A program made the position numbers and the translations under genes. 64,000 bases of DNA, from contig JAAOMT010000226.1 of assembly GCA_016748015.1 (NCBI GenBank), positions 540,604 to 604,603 of the forward strand. Reading direction: 5' to 3'. Below are positions 51,390 through 64,000 of the stretch, one piece after another (within the stretch, counting starts at the first letter, position 1; every line of letters begins with the position of its first letter). The DNA comes from Geosiphon pyriformis uo1 (Eukaryota > Fungi > Glomeromycota). The notes beneath the pieces are model-generated. The model was not told where the DNA came from, searched no databases, and was given only the letters and a program-made list of their open reading frames with translations.

Positions 51390-54300
51390 ATATTAATATT
51401 TTGAGCAAAAGCATTGGCCTATATTTTACGAGTTTATTCAGATAATGTTAATGTTTTGATACTTATAGTTACTATTTTTTTATCTCTTAAATATAAATAT
51501 TTTATAACTTTGATGTAAAACATAAATGCAAATTTCTTTGAAAATTTTCTAATGTTATAATTTTAAGCATCAAATAACAAGATTCCCATATTGGGACAAA
51601 ACGGAATATAGTTTTTTATTTCTCTCTTTATCGACCATCCAAATAGCCAATATGAGCTGATTAAATCAAGCCTTGATCACGTTTTTTTGGGTTTTCCTAG
51701 AGAATTCTACTTTTAAATGCTCTGTTTCCGAACGAGCTACTTTGTTGTAAAATATTTTTTGGTGCGATTGCTGAATCAGGTAGCATGCTCTAAAATATAT
51801 CTATGAACATTAACGGATTCTTTATGATTGACGATTCTACCAAAAATATTCAATGGTGTCAAACACCATAAATGTGTAGTGAATCGCATAACCAAAAAAG
51901 ACAGGGCATCTAGCCCACTAACAAACAAGTAAAGTTTGAAGATATAAATATTATCCTTGTGAATCTTTTTTCCTATCTACAGTAGTGCGTGATTAATAAT
52001 AAGAAACTGACCTCCATGTTAATGCTTTGGGCTGACATTTTAAGTTGTCATAACTAAACTTGTCAATATGACTTGTTTTTTTCATAAAAGTAGGATTTAA
52101 AACCAAAAATAGTATGAAATTATCCTTAATTCTTATTATTAAAATTTATTTTATATTTTCATTTTTTAAATATTTAATTCAGCCAAATTATTATTTAATG
52201 CATATATTAAAATAACTTGAATAAAATATAAAATTACAAATAAATATTACATAATTTGTAATTAATTGTATTATATAATTTAAATTATAATTATTTTAAT
52301 AATTAAACATTACATTAATCCCAATTTATTAAAATATTATTTTTAATTCAATTATAATTAACAATTTTAAAATTTTATTTTTGAACTTGAAAAAATTGTG
52401 AATATTTTATATTTACAATTAATTTTAATAATTAGCAAAAAAACAAATTATTTTATTAAATTATTAAAAAAAGTTAGTCTTGACTGGTCCGAGTGGTTGG
52501 TCACATGTAACAAACGCGTAAATCGTAAAAAAATAAACCATGATCTTATTACAATCAAAATAGTTACCAATTTTTACAATAATAAAAAAATATTTGTAAA
52601 AAAAGCTACACAGACATAATATGTATTTATGTATGATATTAATAACAAATTAAGTTTAAACTATTAATAAAACAAATATAAAAAAAATTATTTTTATTTT
52701 TTGATAATTACAACCAAAACAAAAAGTAATAAAAAAGCAATTTTTTTTAATACTTTAAAAGTTTTTTAAAAGTAGAAATAATTAGACAGCATTTTTTAAA
52801 AAATTTTTCTTAAATGTTAAAAACATAAAACAGTTTTGGTCATTAAAAAAACACTATTTTTAACTTTAAATAAGAATTTTTTTATTTAAAGTTTTTTTCA
52901 AGTAAGTAATTAAAATCAATTTTAGTCATATAAAAACTAAAATTGTTTTTGTTTTTTAATTAATAATATTTAAAAAACAATTATTAATTTTTAAAGTAAA
53001 TAATTTCTGTTTTAATAATTAATGTTTTTATTAATATTAAATTGGTTTTTATTAATACTGTTTTTTAGTTTATATATAGTTTAATACAAAATTAGTGTTT
53101 AAAGACAATATAAAACTATTTTTATAAAATTTGTTTTTTAGGTTTTTTTAAATACTGTTTTTTATATTAAATTTGTTGGCTTTGTTTTTTTTTTACTTTT
53201 AAAATTGTTAAGTCTTTGTTAATTTTTAAATTTATGTTTTTTTTTATTGTTATTATTGCTTTGTAAAATATATATAAAAAATTTTTTATTGTTAATATTA
53301 AAATATTTTTTAATATTTTTGAAATTTACTAATATTTGACAATAAATTATTATTTATTTCAAGTTTTTTAATACAATTATGATTGTTTTTATTTGTTGAT
53401 AATTAAAAACAATATTAAAATTTTTATTATTATTAATAAGAAAAAAGTTATTGTTTTTTATAATATATTTAAAATTAAATTAGTTAATTTTTTTGGTTAT
53501 ATTGTTTTTGATATTAATAAGTTGATTTTTTAAGTTTGTAATTATATTTGTTTTATTTTTTATTTTTTTTATTTTGTTTAATTGTTAAAATATTTAATTA
53601 TTAAAACTGATATTTTAAAAAAATATTGTATTTAATAAAAAAGTTTTAAATATTAGATTATTTTAGGTTTTTATTTAAGTTTGTGATTAATTTTAAAGTT
53701 TTTGAATTTTATTTTATTAATATTAAATATTATATTAAATTTTTGTTTTATTGGTTTTTTTTGTTGTTGTTTTTTTAGTTATTATTGTTTTTAATTTTGT
53801 AGTTAGTCTTAGAATAAGTTTTTTAAAATTTAAACTAATTAAATTGGTTTTAATATTTTAGTTTTTTTAATAATAAAATTAGTTAATGTTTTTTTTGTTT
53901 TATATATTAAGTTAAAAAAAATGTGTTATGTTTTTTAAAATAAGATTATTATTTTAAAAAAGTTATTAATAAATTAAATTAAAAAATTGTTAAATTAAAA
54001 ATAAAATATATATTAAAAATAATAATATAAATATTATATATGGTTTAAAATAATATTGTTAATAAATATATATTTGCTTAAATAATAGCATTTTAAAAAT
54101 ATTAAATGCTTAATATTAAATTAAATACAAATAAAACTATTATATAATTAAATAATATAATTATAAATAATATTATATTAGTTGTTTATATACACTAAAT
54201 ATTTTGTTTTAAAATATTTTTTTTTTAAATTTAATATAATATAATTTTAATTAATTTTATGTTTAATTATATGTAAAAAATACATAAATTTAATTTAATT

Positions 54301-55254
54301 TAAGACTTTATATAATTATATTATATTAGATAATAATTAAACTTAATATGTTAAATAATAATAAAAATATTACAAAATTATTCAAAAAAACACTATTATT
54401 AATGTTACTTTTTTACTTTTTTGCTTAATTTATTTACAAAAATTTTTTTGAAGTCAGTATTAGTTTTTTTGCAGTTTTATTATTAAACATATTTATATTA
54501 AAATTACAAATTTTAGACAAAAAAATTTGTGAATAAATAATACATATATATATAAACAGCAAAAAATAAAAACTCTTTTAAAAACTTTGTTTTTTTTTGT
54601 GATTTTAAAATTAATAAAAAAAAAGAGTTTTTATGATTATTTGTAACTGTTTAATTAATAAAATAAAATTGGTATTAATTATTCTTAAATTTATAAATAA
54701 ATATTTAATAAACATTGTAATATATTACCAAAATATAATTATAATTAATTAAAACTAATTACAATTTGACAAATATTTCATAATATTAAATTTTAAAAAC
54801 TAGCTTTAAATATAATTATTTATATAATACTTATAATAAATAATTATTACATTAATTGAAATTATGTGAAAATCAAGTATTATATTAATTGCAATTCTTT
54901 ATAATTTATTAATCAGCTATTTTTATATTATTTTTATGTTTTTAATTATTTTGCAAATCAAAAATAATTTAGTTTGGAATTGAATTTTTGCATTATTTAA
55001 GCTTAGTTATATTTCCCACAAATTGCATCTCGCCAGATTTTGTTTGGAAAGTCCTAAGCCTCTTTGGTTTCATGAATGTATTATTAGAATAGCAATATCC
55101 GAGCTGAAAGTGACAAATAAACAAAAGTCGGTTGTGACTTTTGCGGTAATTATAATAGAGGTTTTCAACTTTTCAACAGGTAAGCTTATTCATTCACTTT
55201 TGGATTTTGAAATTTTTACTCATAAAAATGCTACTTTCTTAGACGAAGCCCGAC

Positions 55255-56591
55255 ATGAACTCGCAGAGTACCCCTCTAGCCCACCAGACAGACACATACA
55301 TTAATCCTTTTGAAATTGGCAATGACCACGATAATCCCCATGCTACAACTTCTTCAACAGCCGTTGGTCTTTCAGACCCTTTTGCTGATCCACTAAATTC
55401 GAATTTAATCGCCTCACTAGACCCAGACTTTGTCGATTTAGCGTCTCCGATAGCTACCTCTCATTCCGCCATCCATATAGGTATTGAAAATACAACCTCA
55501 CTACAAAGCTCCTTAAATCCCCAAAACATGAGTTCGGACATTCCAAAATCGGCTGATACATCACCTATAAATATGGAAACTACTTCTCATGCCCCTTTAG
55601 TGAGTGGAAGTATTGGACAAAGTGGAAGTGGAAGTGGAGGTGGAATTTCTAGTGGCGGGCGAGGATCGTTCGTCAACAATACTTTGGATGAACCTGTTTC
55701 TGAAACTATTGTAAGTGATGAATCAAAGGTTTTTCTATATGTATATGTTCATTATTGTTGAAAATTTTTAATTGTAAATTGTTATTAGCTTCGGGACTTG
55801 AGGAATGTTGCAATAAAGTTACAACAAGTTCTTCATCCCAAGGCAAGAAGAGATGTGCTTAAGGATTGTATGTATCTTATATGACTGAGATTTATTTTGA
55901 AATTTACTAAAATCAAAAGATATTTCCACTCGTAGGGGATCTTTGGGGACCCTTAATTTTATGTTTGTCACTAGCAATGTAAGCAAAATTTAAAAAATTT
56001 ATGCTTTTGTGTCAAATAGTCTTTCTAACAAAATGAGATAAAATATAGTATGTTAACTATTAAAGCCCAATCAGACCAAGAAATCTTGGTTTTTACATGG
56101 GTGTTCGTGATTGTATGGTGTGGTGCAGCGATCGTGACTGTAAATGCTAAATTGCTGGGAGGGAACGTGTAAGTTAAGAAATTTGTATTCCCAATCGAAT
56201 TTTGAATTAAATCTAATGTTGTGTTTCTTCATTTTTTACGTTTTATACCCAATTACCAAAAGATCATTCTTTCAAAGCGTTTGTGTTCTTGGGTATTGTA
56301 TCTTCCCTTTGGTAATAGCCGCATTGATAACATTGTTTGCAGAAAGATTTTTTATCAGGTTGCCCTTGGTGATTGTAGCGTTTAGTTGGGCCTCCTACGG
56401 TATGTTTAAGATATCTTTCAATGTTGGATATCTCATAAAACTTGCAAGATCGTCTAACAAATCTTTAATATCCATTAGCTTCCGTCAATTTTCTTTCCTC
56501 ATCACATCTTGCTAATAGACGTGCACTTGCGGTCTATCCTCTATTTCTGTTCTATTTCATCATTGCCTGGTTGGTTTTAATCAAAATATAA
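55255..56591 (+). CDS. YIPF6: Yip1-domain Golgi membrane protein, YIPF6/Yip4-like; multi-exon
   Basis: NTLDEPVSETILRDL, DWDLWGPLILCL, VTVNAKLLGG, SFFQSVCVLGYCIFPL, RRALAVYPLFLFY. Confidence 0.88.
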
Positions 56592-59500
56592 ATTTCGACA
56601 TGCGCTCTTTTCACGAATACAGCCAATCATCCGCATAGGACTAAGTCTAGCCTATCCAATGAAGGGCTTATTTGTAACTTTTCTCCTAGATGGTATGAGG
56701 ACCTGTCCTTAAGTAGAGTTCATGGACAAGATATTCCTTTTGTTTCGAGCAGCATCTACATGACGATTCCAGTGAGTTTATGAAAACAAAGTAAAATAAA
56801 AAATTAGAAACTCCCAAAAGTTTTTCAATGAAAACACGTTACCAGACATGTCCTTATATATTTCGATTGACCAAAATAGCTGACGTCCTTCAAGACCCTC
56901 CAATAGCTACTTCCCTGGTCACGACGGATAACCGCTAGAATAACTGAAAAATTGCTCATCCCTGAATTCCAACGTCTTGTGCCATGAAATAAAATTTTGA
57001 ATATGGAAGTTTTTATATATTAAAAAATAAGTTAGTATTAATAATAAACTTTACAATGATATTTTATATCATTCCAAAAACTGGTTCAAACCCTGATTCT
57101 TTAAGATGGTTTATTAAAACAATGAAATCATGAGTTTTTGCATCTGCTGATCAAATCTATTCAAAATCGCGAAAATAAATACTTCTGAGCTAACTTCTCA
57201 AAATACTACCAAGAAAGGTTACCTCTTCGCCCGTGTACCTGCAAAGATCTCGAGCGACAAAAGCAACTCCTCCTTGATTTTAAACACAGGAACTCCCCAG
57301 GGATATCGGGTTATGTATCAATTTCAAACAACCGGACTTAGCCCATTGGAACGGAAATTACGGTCACCAAATGTGATAAACTTTTGATTTACCTTCAACC
57401 TCTTCCAATATATCTCTTTCCTCCATTCTGCAAAACTCGTGGCTCTCTTCGATAATGCGATCTTCATCAACACAGTCTCTGTCTGCTGCAGCAGTGAAGG
57501 AGAGCTGCCTGCCATCGACGAGAGCTCGGAATAGGCGAAAAGTGCAAGGGAAAAAGGACAGCAGCTCGTCGCAAATGTCAAAAGATTGAAGCTACTCTCA
57601 ACTATACACTATTAATCAAAGTGTACCCGAACCATTCTCAAAAGCGGTTCTTGAAGCGGTGAATGGGCTAGATTTTCTTATAAGACCATTGTCTGCTGGT
57701 GTCAACATCGCCGCTTATATAACAAAAATTCCCATATCGGACAATCACAACAGGCTTAAGCTTTAAACAGATATTCGGGCAGGAAAGACGCGAAGACAAG
57801 AAACTCTAAAAAGCTGCTATATGGGGCCAGCGCAATTTCATGGGAACTATTATGTGTCTTGGAATGTTGCCTCGGGGTATGTATGGCAAGTGCCCGCGAA
57901 TATTATTGATGAAGCAATCAGTGAAGTAATTAGGCATGATAGCACTCTCTATCATTCCGATCTCTAAAGGACCAGCGACAAATAATGACAGAATTTTTCG
58001 AAATCCACATGGAACCGTTTATATATCACTCATCTCCATAATCCGTTAATGCTTACTACACATCATTGTAAGCCTCATCTGTGACCATGCTAATGATGTT
58101 GCGCTGACAAATGCTCGAGCGCGCAGGAGACGGAAGAGAAAAAATGATGAGGATAATTTTATGGTCGGAGGTTCTTTTGGAGTCATGACAGGGACGCCTG
58201 TCACAAAAAACGCAATAAAATTAACCCCAAATATTTTTGTAATAATTTGTTCAAAGACAAATTAATAAAAATATTAATTCAACAAAAAAACAAAAAATAT
58301 TATGAAAAAAACAGTATTATATCAGTTTCAAAAAATTCAAGTTATTAAAAATTAAACGTTTTAAAGTTATAAAATATATCAAAGTTTACTAAAGAAAAAT
58401 TAAAAATATCATTTATATCAAATTAGCAAAATTTTAAAAATTTTGATATTAATCTCCTTACTAAAAACATTAGAGACGAATTTTGAAAGCATGAATACAA
58501 TAAAGTAATCACTGTAGAAAGTCTTAATGGTCTATACTTTGCAAACCAAGAAAAACCAAGAAGTATTTAGAAAGTAAAAAAACTAATATAATAAAGAAGA
58601 AAGAGAAGTAGCAAGGTTTAGAGAAAATTTCAGAACGAATACCCTTTCCTTTTAATTAATTTATGCTAGCTTGGCCGCGATCGGAATTACGATTGGCTTT
58701 AAGGTGGTTTCTCTAAACGAACTTAAAATGAAAAAACACTATGTGCGACATAATACGCTAACTTTGTCAGTATGCCCCATATATATACTAAAATTCTTTT
58801 TTAATTTCGTGCAAGCTCCCACCACCAGTATGATAATCATATTCTGCAATCATCCATACCAAAGAGATAGCTTTAAAAAAAGTAACACTGTCAACTGAGT
58901 CAATTAAAAAGAAGCCCTGAAAATTCAATTAATGTGAGACTTACAAGCAACAAAAAGAGGTGCCGATAAGCCTGGGCCAAACTTTGAAGTTTTGTAAAAT
59001 TGCCACTCGGAGGTAAAGTGTAATAAAGCAATTAAATAGGTCCATATAGCTATTTGATAAACGCTAATTGATTTTCAGTCGAAAAATATGAAGAAATGAA
59101 AGAAAATTAGAATAAAATTGATCGGGTTTTTAGAACGCGTAAACAGATGAAAAACATACGCTTTATTAGTAATGTTATAAGCGGTATAAAGCCGTACCAC
59201 AGCGGTGGTAAAGGTCCATGTGGCAAAAGTACGCGACGAGACACCCGTTACTAAGAAAATGCCCAGTCATAGATAGATAACGATTTTTAATTGTTGACTC
59301 AAAAATTACTTGTGAAAATCTACAGTTACAAAATGATATGGTTTAACTGAAGGAAATATATCTTCGTTAAAACTTGCTTTCTTCTGGTCGTCTGTTATAG
59401 ACGCGTTTAGTTAATTCTAACGTGAAAAGATTTTGCACAGAGTTAGCCGCAGAAATCAAGGCGATAAATCCGATCCATTTTGCAAGGGCGCCTTCCGGGA

Positions 59501-59929
59501 GAAATTGGAATGAGGGTAAAAGATGAGACATTGTTCCAAAAATTTTTTTGATGGTTTGAAGAATTGAATCTAAAAAGTGTTCGAAAATAGGAAAAAGTGT
59601 TGTTGATCATTGTGTATTATTCATGCTAAAAATTTTTATTGAATGAAGCAACCCTCTATTTCAATACTGACTTACTTTACATTTTGCAGTATAGAATTCG
59701 ATTGTTTTAAATTTAAATTTTTAAAATTTGAATTGATAAATTTATTTTTACATCATGAATAACTTTTTTAATTTACAAAAATCTCTAATAAAAATTATTT
59801 TTTCATACCATTATTTAATTCTTTTACAATTTACTTACATAATACATATTTATATATATTTAGGGTAAATATGAACCATGCATTTTTCTACATGTAACTA
59901 GTTATCTGGATTAATTACAACTACATTGA

Positions 59930-59993
59930 ACTAAAATATCTGTATTGCAAACCATATTACTAAAATATCTGTATTGCAAACCATATTACTAAA
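59930..59993 (+). repeat. Perfect 29-bp tandem duplication
   Basis: ACTAAAATATCTGTATTGCAAACCATATT twice, plus a partial third copy. Confidence 0.9.
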
Positions 59994-60264
59994 TATATAT
60001 TCATTTTTAGCTCAAACTTGAAAAAAAAAAAAAAACTACAAATTGACCAACAGTTAAACATATAATAATAAACCAATTAACTATGGATTTAAGCCTTAAA
60101 GTTCCTAGATTAAATTATTTCAATTTTTAAAATACGGTTTCGAATCTTGAAAAAACGCGTGACGCATTTTAATGTTACACATATCTGTGGGGCGACAATT
60201 AGAATCAACAACTTTTACTAACATTGCCCAATGATACAGCAATGCTTCGGTGTCTACAATTCAT

Positions 60265-61602
60265 ATGGAGGTAAGTGGGTCATCATCACTAAAAGAACCC
60301 CACTGTTACTGCAAACTTCCAGCAAAGAAACTATGTGTGAAAAAAGAAGGACCAACAAAGGGTCGGTGGTTTTATGGATGTAGAAAGTGGAGAACGGAGC
60401 AAGCAGAGTCACTGTGTCAATATTTCAAGTGGGAAAGCGAAGTCACGAAAAGACTTTCTTCGGCTGACAATAGCAACAATTTGGGTTTACCGCTAACCTC
60501 ACAAGATTTTTCTACCCCGCATCCGAAAACAAGAGGCACTCATGGTGATCATAATAATAATAATAATAATAATAATAACATTAAAACAAAAGAAAAAAAT
60601 GAGGAAGCCGAATTTTGGTCTTGGCCTGCTGAAGAGTTGGATCAAAGAAATCGAACTCAAATTCCTGGACTCTCCAAGGATCTTCGCTTTTCAAACCCTC
60701 TTCCGGTACAACCCAATGCTTATAATGATAATTCAATATTGAATTCGAATAAATACCATCTCACGTCTGGAAAATTAAACTCTCCATCAAACTTGAATTT
60801 ATCTAAATATATTAAGCCAATGGGCTGGAATGTCAATAGGACCGAGCGTGATAGCAGTTCTCAGGATCAAAATCCAGAGGCGACGGCATTGTACATTGTG
60901 AGATTGCAAGAGAAATGTGTACAACTCGAATTTGAAAATACAGAGTTAAAACGACAGTTAATCATATCTACTCAGAATCAAAATTCAAAATTTCAATTGG
61001 AAAGTCTGGAAAGCGGAAATATGAGCTCAAGGCAACGCTTAGAAATCATAGAAAATGAAATGCAGACTTCAAAACAACGACAGGCACAGATACTTTCCTC
61101 ACCAAAACCTTTTCGTGATGAATCATCTGCAATAATAGTACAATTAGAATCGGAGATACGATGTTTAAGACTAAATAATGAGGCAAAATTGGACAAGTTT
61201 CAGGCTTTTGAAAAAGAATCAAAAGGGTTATTGCAGGAATGCCGAAATAAGATGAACTTTTTAGAAAAGGATATAATTCAACTCAAAAGACTTTTAGAAG
61301 AAAAAAAACAAGAAATATTGACTTACAAAGAAAATGAAAAAGGACATTTAAGTAAAATTGATGAATTAAAAGCAGAAGTTTTATTAAGCTCTGATCTGGG
61401 AAGTTTGGAAACATTGAGAAAGGAAAAGGAGTTCCTTGAAAAGGAAAAAGCCATCCTTATCGGAAATCAAAAACACGATCAAGAAATGATCTCAGATTTA
61501 CAAGCCAAGAACAGGCAATTAATGAGTAAAATTGAGGAGCTGCAGGCGGATTTACATGGCACATCAGAAAATGATTCAATAACCACAAACGGCTGTTCAT
61601 GA
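60265..61602 (+). CDS. GRF-type zinc finger protein with long C-terminal coiled coil (apparently intronless)
   Basis: CYCKLPA..VKKEGPTKGRWFYGC..CQYFKW is a zf-GRF signature; heptad-rich E/K/L/Q C-terminal half; first in-frame ATG at 60265. Confidence 0.8.
   Translation: MEVSGSSSLKEPHCYCKLPAKKLCVKKEGPTKGRWFYGCRKWRTEQAESLCQYFKWESEVTKRLSSADNSNNLGLPLTSQDFSTPHPKTRGTHGDHNNNNNNNNNIKTKEKNEEAEFWSWPAEELDQRNRTQIPGLSKDLRFSNPLPVQPNAYNDNSILNSNKYHLTSGKLNSPSNLNLSKYIKPMGWNVNRTERDSSSQDQNPEATALYIVRLQEKCVQLEFENTELKRQLIISTQNQNSKFQLESLESGNMSSRQRLEIIENEMQTSKQRQAQILSSPKPFRDESSAIIVQLESEIRCLRLNNEAKLDKFQAFEKESKGLLQECRNKMNFLEKDIIQLKRLLEEKKQEILTYKENEKGHLSKIDELKAEVLLSSDLGSLETLRKEKEFLEKEKAILIGNQKHDQEMISDLQAKNRQLMSKIEELQADLHGTSENDSITTNGCS
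60553..60579 (+). repeat. (AAT)8 AAC microsatellite encoding poly-Asn
   Basis: Seen directly; N9 in the protein. Confidence 0.9.
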
Positions 61603-62135
61603 CAGCTGCAAACATTGATAAATTATTCTTGATAAAATCTGACCTTTATTTTTTTGAAATTGTCTCAATCATAAAGGGTCATGTAAATAGGTGAAAGTTC
61701 AATTTTTTATTTAAATATTTTTTCTGCTAGATTTCATTTCTAAAGGAGTTTTTGAAGCTCGGTTACCGACAATTTTGCTTATTTTTACATTGAGTCATTT
61801 TCTCCGAAAAATGTAACTTTCTCAAAAAGGTTATTATCTCTATAATTAAAAGCACAAAAAATCTTATATCTAACCAAAATTTTTGCGTATAATAAAGAAT
61901 TTTAAAGTGGCTTATTGGCTAAGATCAGAAACAAATAAATGATATTTTCTCCTGGTTTGGTTAACTTTGAAAATTACACGGCATTATTCCGCAGAATTTA
62001 ATACTATTACATATAGAGCTTTAAAATTTTGTGCCAATATATCAATTGGCCATCGAGTATTAACTTGATTGGATCTTTAGCACCTAAAAGTTGAACATCA
62101 GTCATCTTTTTTCAAGATTCCTGGCTTATTCCAAG

Positions 62136-63353
62136 ATGACAACAAAAATTTTATCTACGGTAACGGGTCAAAACTTTAATCAAAAAGTTGATAAAATAAA
62201 TTCTTTTGTCATGCGAGAATTTAAGAGACGGGGTTATGATAATTCTGCTGAAAATGTTTTATCACAAAAACCTTTGATTGTTGGAGTCAGTGGGCCTCAA
62301 GGTTGTGGTAAGTGACAAGATCTTTTTTATTGTCAATTCTTGGAAATTAAATTATGGTTAATCGATCTGCAAGATTTTTGTGACCAAAAAGAAATTCAGA
62401 ATTTAAATAATCTTTGGCATATTTACGCCAATTTATTAAAAGGTAAAACGACCTTATGTAACTACGTGGCTCAAACTCTTTCAACACAATTCCATTTAAA
62501 CGTCATAACTTTCTCAATGGACGACTTTTATCTCACATATAATGCACAAAGATCTCTGTCGCTTGAAAATCCCGATAATAAACTATTAGAGTATCGTGGT
62601 CTGCCTGGTACACATGATATCAGATTAGGCGCCAAAGTATTTGAGGATCTTTTTCGTTTACATTCAGATCAAAACCATTCAGCTCAAATCCCACACTACA
62701 ATAAATCATTAAAGAATGGTAGAGGTGATCGTTCCCCTAAATTTCAATGGACGAAAATCCAAAAACCGGTTGATATAATTATTTTTGAAGGATGGTCATT
62801 AGGGTTCAGATCACTTCCTATTGTTGTTCTTGAAACGATATATAAGAACGCTCAACAGAATTCTTCATCACATTTGCCATCTCATAAGTTTGAACATTTA
62901 GTAGCGATTAATAGGTACCTTGCAAAATACGAAACAGATTGGTACCCTTTTTTAGATACTTTTATACATATGGATCCACTGGATATCAACTACGTTTATG
63001 AATGGCGATTGCAGCAAGAGCATACAATGCGCGCCAAAGGATTGGAAGGGATGACTGATGAACAAGTCAAGGATTTCGTGGATAGGTATATGCCAGCTTA
63101 TGAACTTTATTTACCGGGATTACGAGATGGATGTTTTTTTGTGAGATCTGGCGATTATTGCCAAGAAAGCTTAAATATGGCTCCTGCAGTGGGCTCTGTA
63201 GTAGTTCAAGTCGAAGTGGAGAAAGAACAATTAATTCAGGGATTCAAAAAGGTTGAGGGAAAATATTTGAAGATTGTGTTAAATCAGGAACGGGAGGTTG
63301 TCGCTGAAATCGAACTTAATCCATTGTCTCCGCAAAAGCTCTTATCATTATAA
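62136..63353 (+). CDS. TDA10: TDA10/GLYK-like P-loop (glycerate) kinase, two exons
   Basis: GVSGPQGCG|KTT (intron about 62308-62442), SMDDFYLT, RGLPGTHD, GRGDR, IIFEGW, VYEWRLQQEH, GMTDEQVKDFVDRYMPAYELY. Confidence 0.85.
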
Positions 63354-64000
63354 AATCGAGGTTATCTTATCCATTTTGCAAATGATTAACGGGAAGATTG
63401 TCAAGAAAAACTTTAGAGTTTCTTAAATTCAATGTATAAAAAGATTTAAGTGAATTCCGATTGCGCAAAAATGATAAAATAGTGATCGTAGGAATTAAGA
63501 ATCAACCTGCGGACTCGGATGTGACAAAATACTTGTTTAGAGAATTGTCGGTACCGCTGTGTAAAGATCTTTGAGACTCAATTTTTCCACTACATGTCTA
63601 GAAACTTGCCCATATCCAAGATGGATTTGTGGCCATACTCAGTTTCGAAAATAACACGATTTAAAAACACAAACAGGAAACTCTTGTTTTCAGTGAAGGA
63701 GTCTGCATATTATATTCAGGTGCTTCATTCTTCGAACTCCTGGGTATTAGTTCAAAAAAAGGAAATTTTCTCTGCAGGGTATGATCAATAAAAATTGAAC
63801 GCGCTCAGACGCGTCGTCCGCATCGGTGTTCAAGTGAAATTAGTATCAATTATGATTGGTCAGCAGATCGAAGCTTTGGCATAAAATTGCACTTGAAGGA
63901 ATTCGAAAAACATCACACCTTTTTTAATTCCCTTCTGGCTTGATATTTTTTTGTTTTTATCCAGATAATTAAAAGGTCCAAGGCGTCCTTATAAATTTTT

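Noticed and set aside
52477-52525. tRNA or Pol III A-box-like TGGTCCGAGTGG
   Set aside because: No B box or cloverleaf follows; better explained as a fragment of the LINE 3' UTR motif.
63490-64000. 65-aa ORF at 63594 and GC-richer patch at the window end
   Set aside because: No recognisable motif or supportable gene model within the window.

Overview
Eukaryotic, intron-rich, AT-rich fungal DNA. The transposon proteins and gene set look Glomeromycotina-like (Geosiphon-like); this is a recognition-level guess, not a search result. Bases 1-28.8 kb are a nest of decayed Ty3/Gypsy LTR retrotransposons. An old minus-strand element C holds full-length element A (1369-12281, inside C's 3' extra ORF), element B (16523-26646, inside C's pol) and a family-E LTR. 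A holds a solo E LTR (4273-5242, TSD GCAC), and B's 3' LTR is cut by a younger element D next to a 247-N gap. A, B and C share an unusual layout: one gag-PR-[Cys-rich domain]-dUTPase-RT-RNaseH reading frame that stops after RNase H, a separately initiated integrase ORF, and a conserved non-env ORF3 of about 210-240 aa ending at the PPT. Bases 29-41.5 kb hold AT-eroded LTR relics, a young APE-RT-RNaseH LINE (minus strand, poly-A tail), an eroded copy of the same LINE family, a Tc1/mariner-like relic and an 80-bp LINE-tail retrocopy. Repeat copies differ almost only by C>T/G>A transitions, a RIP-like or methylation-driven gradient. Bases 41.8-63.4 kb hold host genes: WBP11-like, DHCR7-like sterol reductase, DUF89/ARMT1 phosphatase, a CIA30-domain protein ending in CaaX, YIPF6-like, a zf-GRF coiled-coil protein and a TDA10/GLYK-like kinase, separated by extremely AT-rich tracts.
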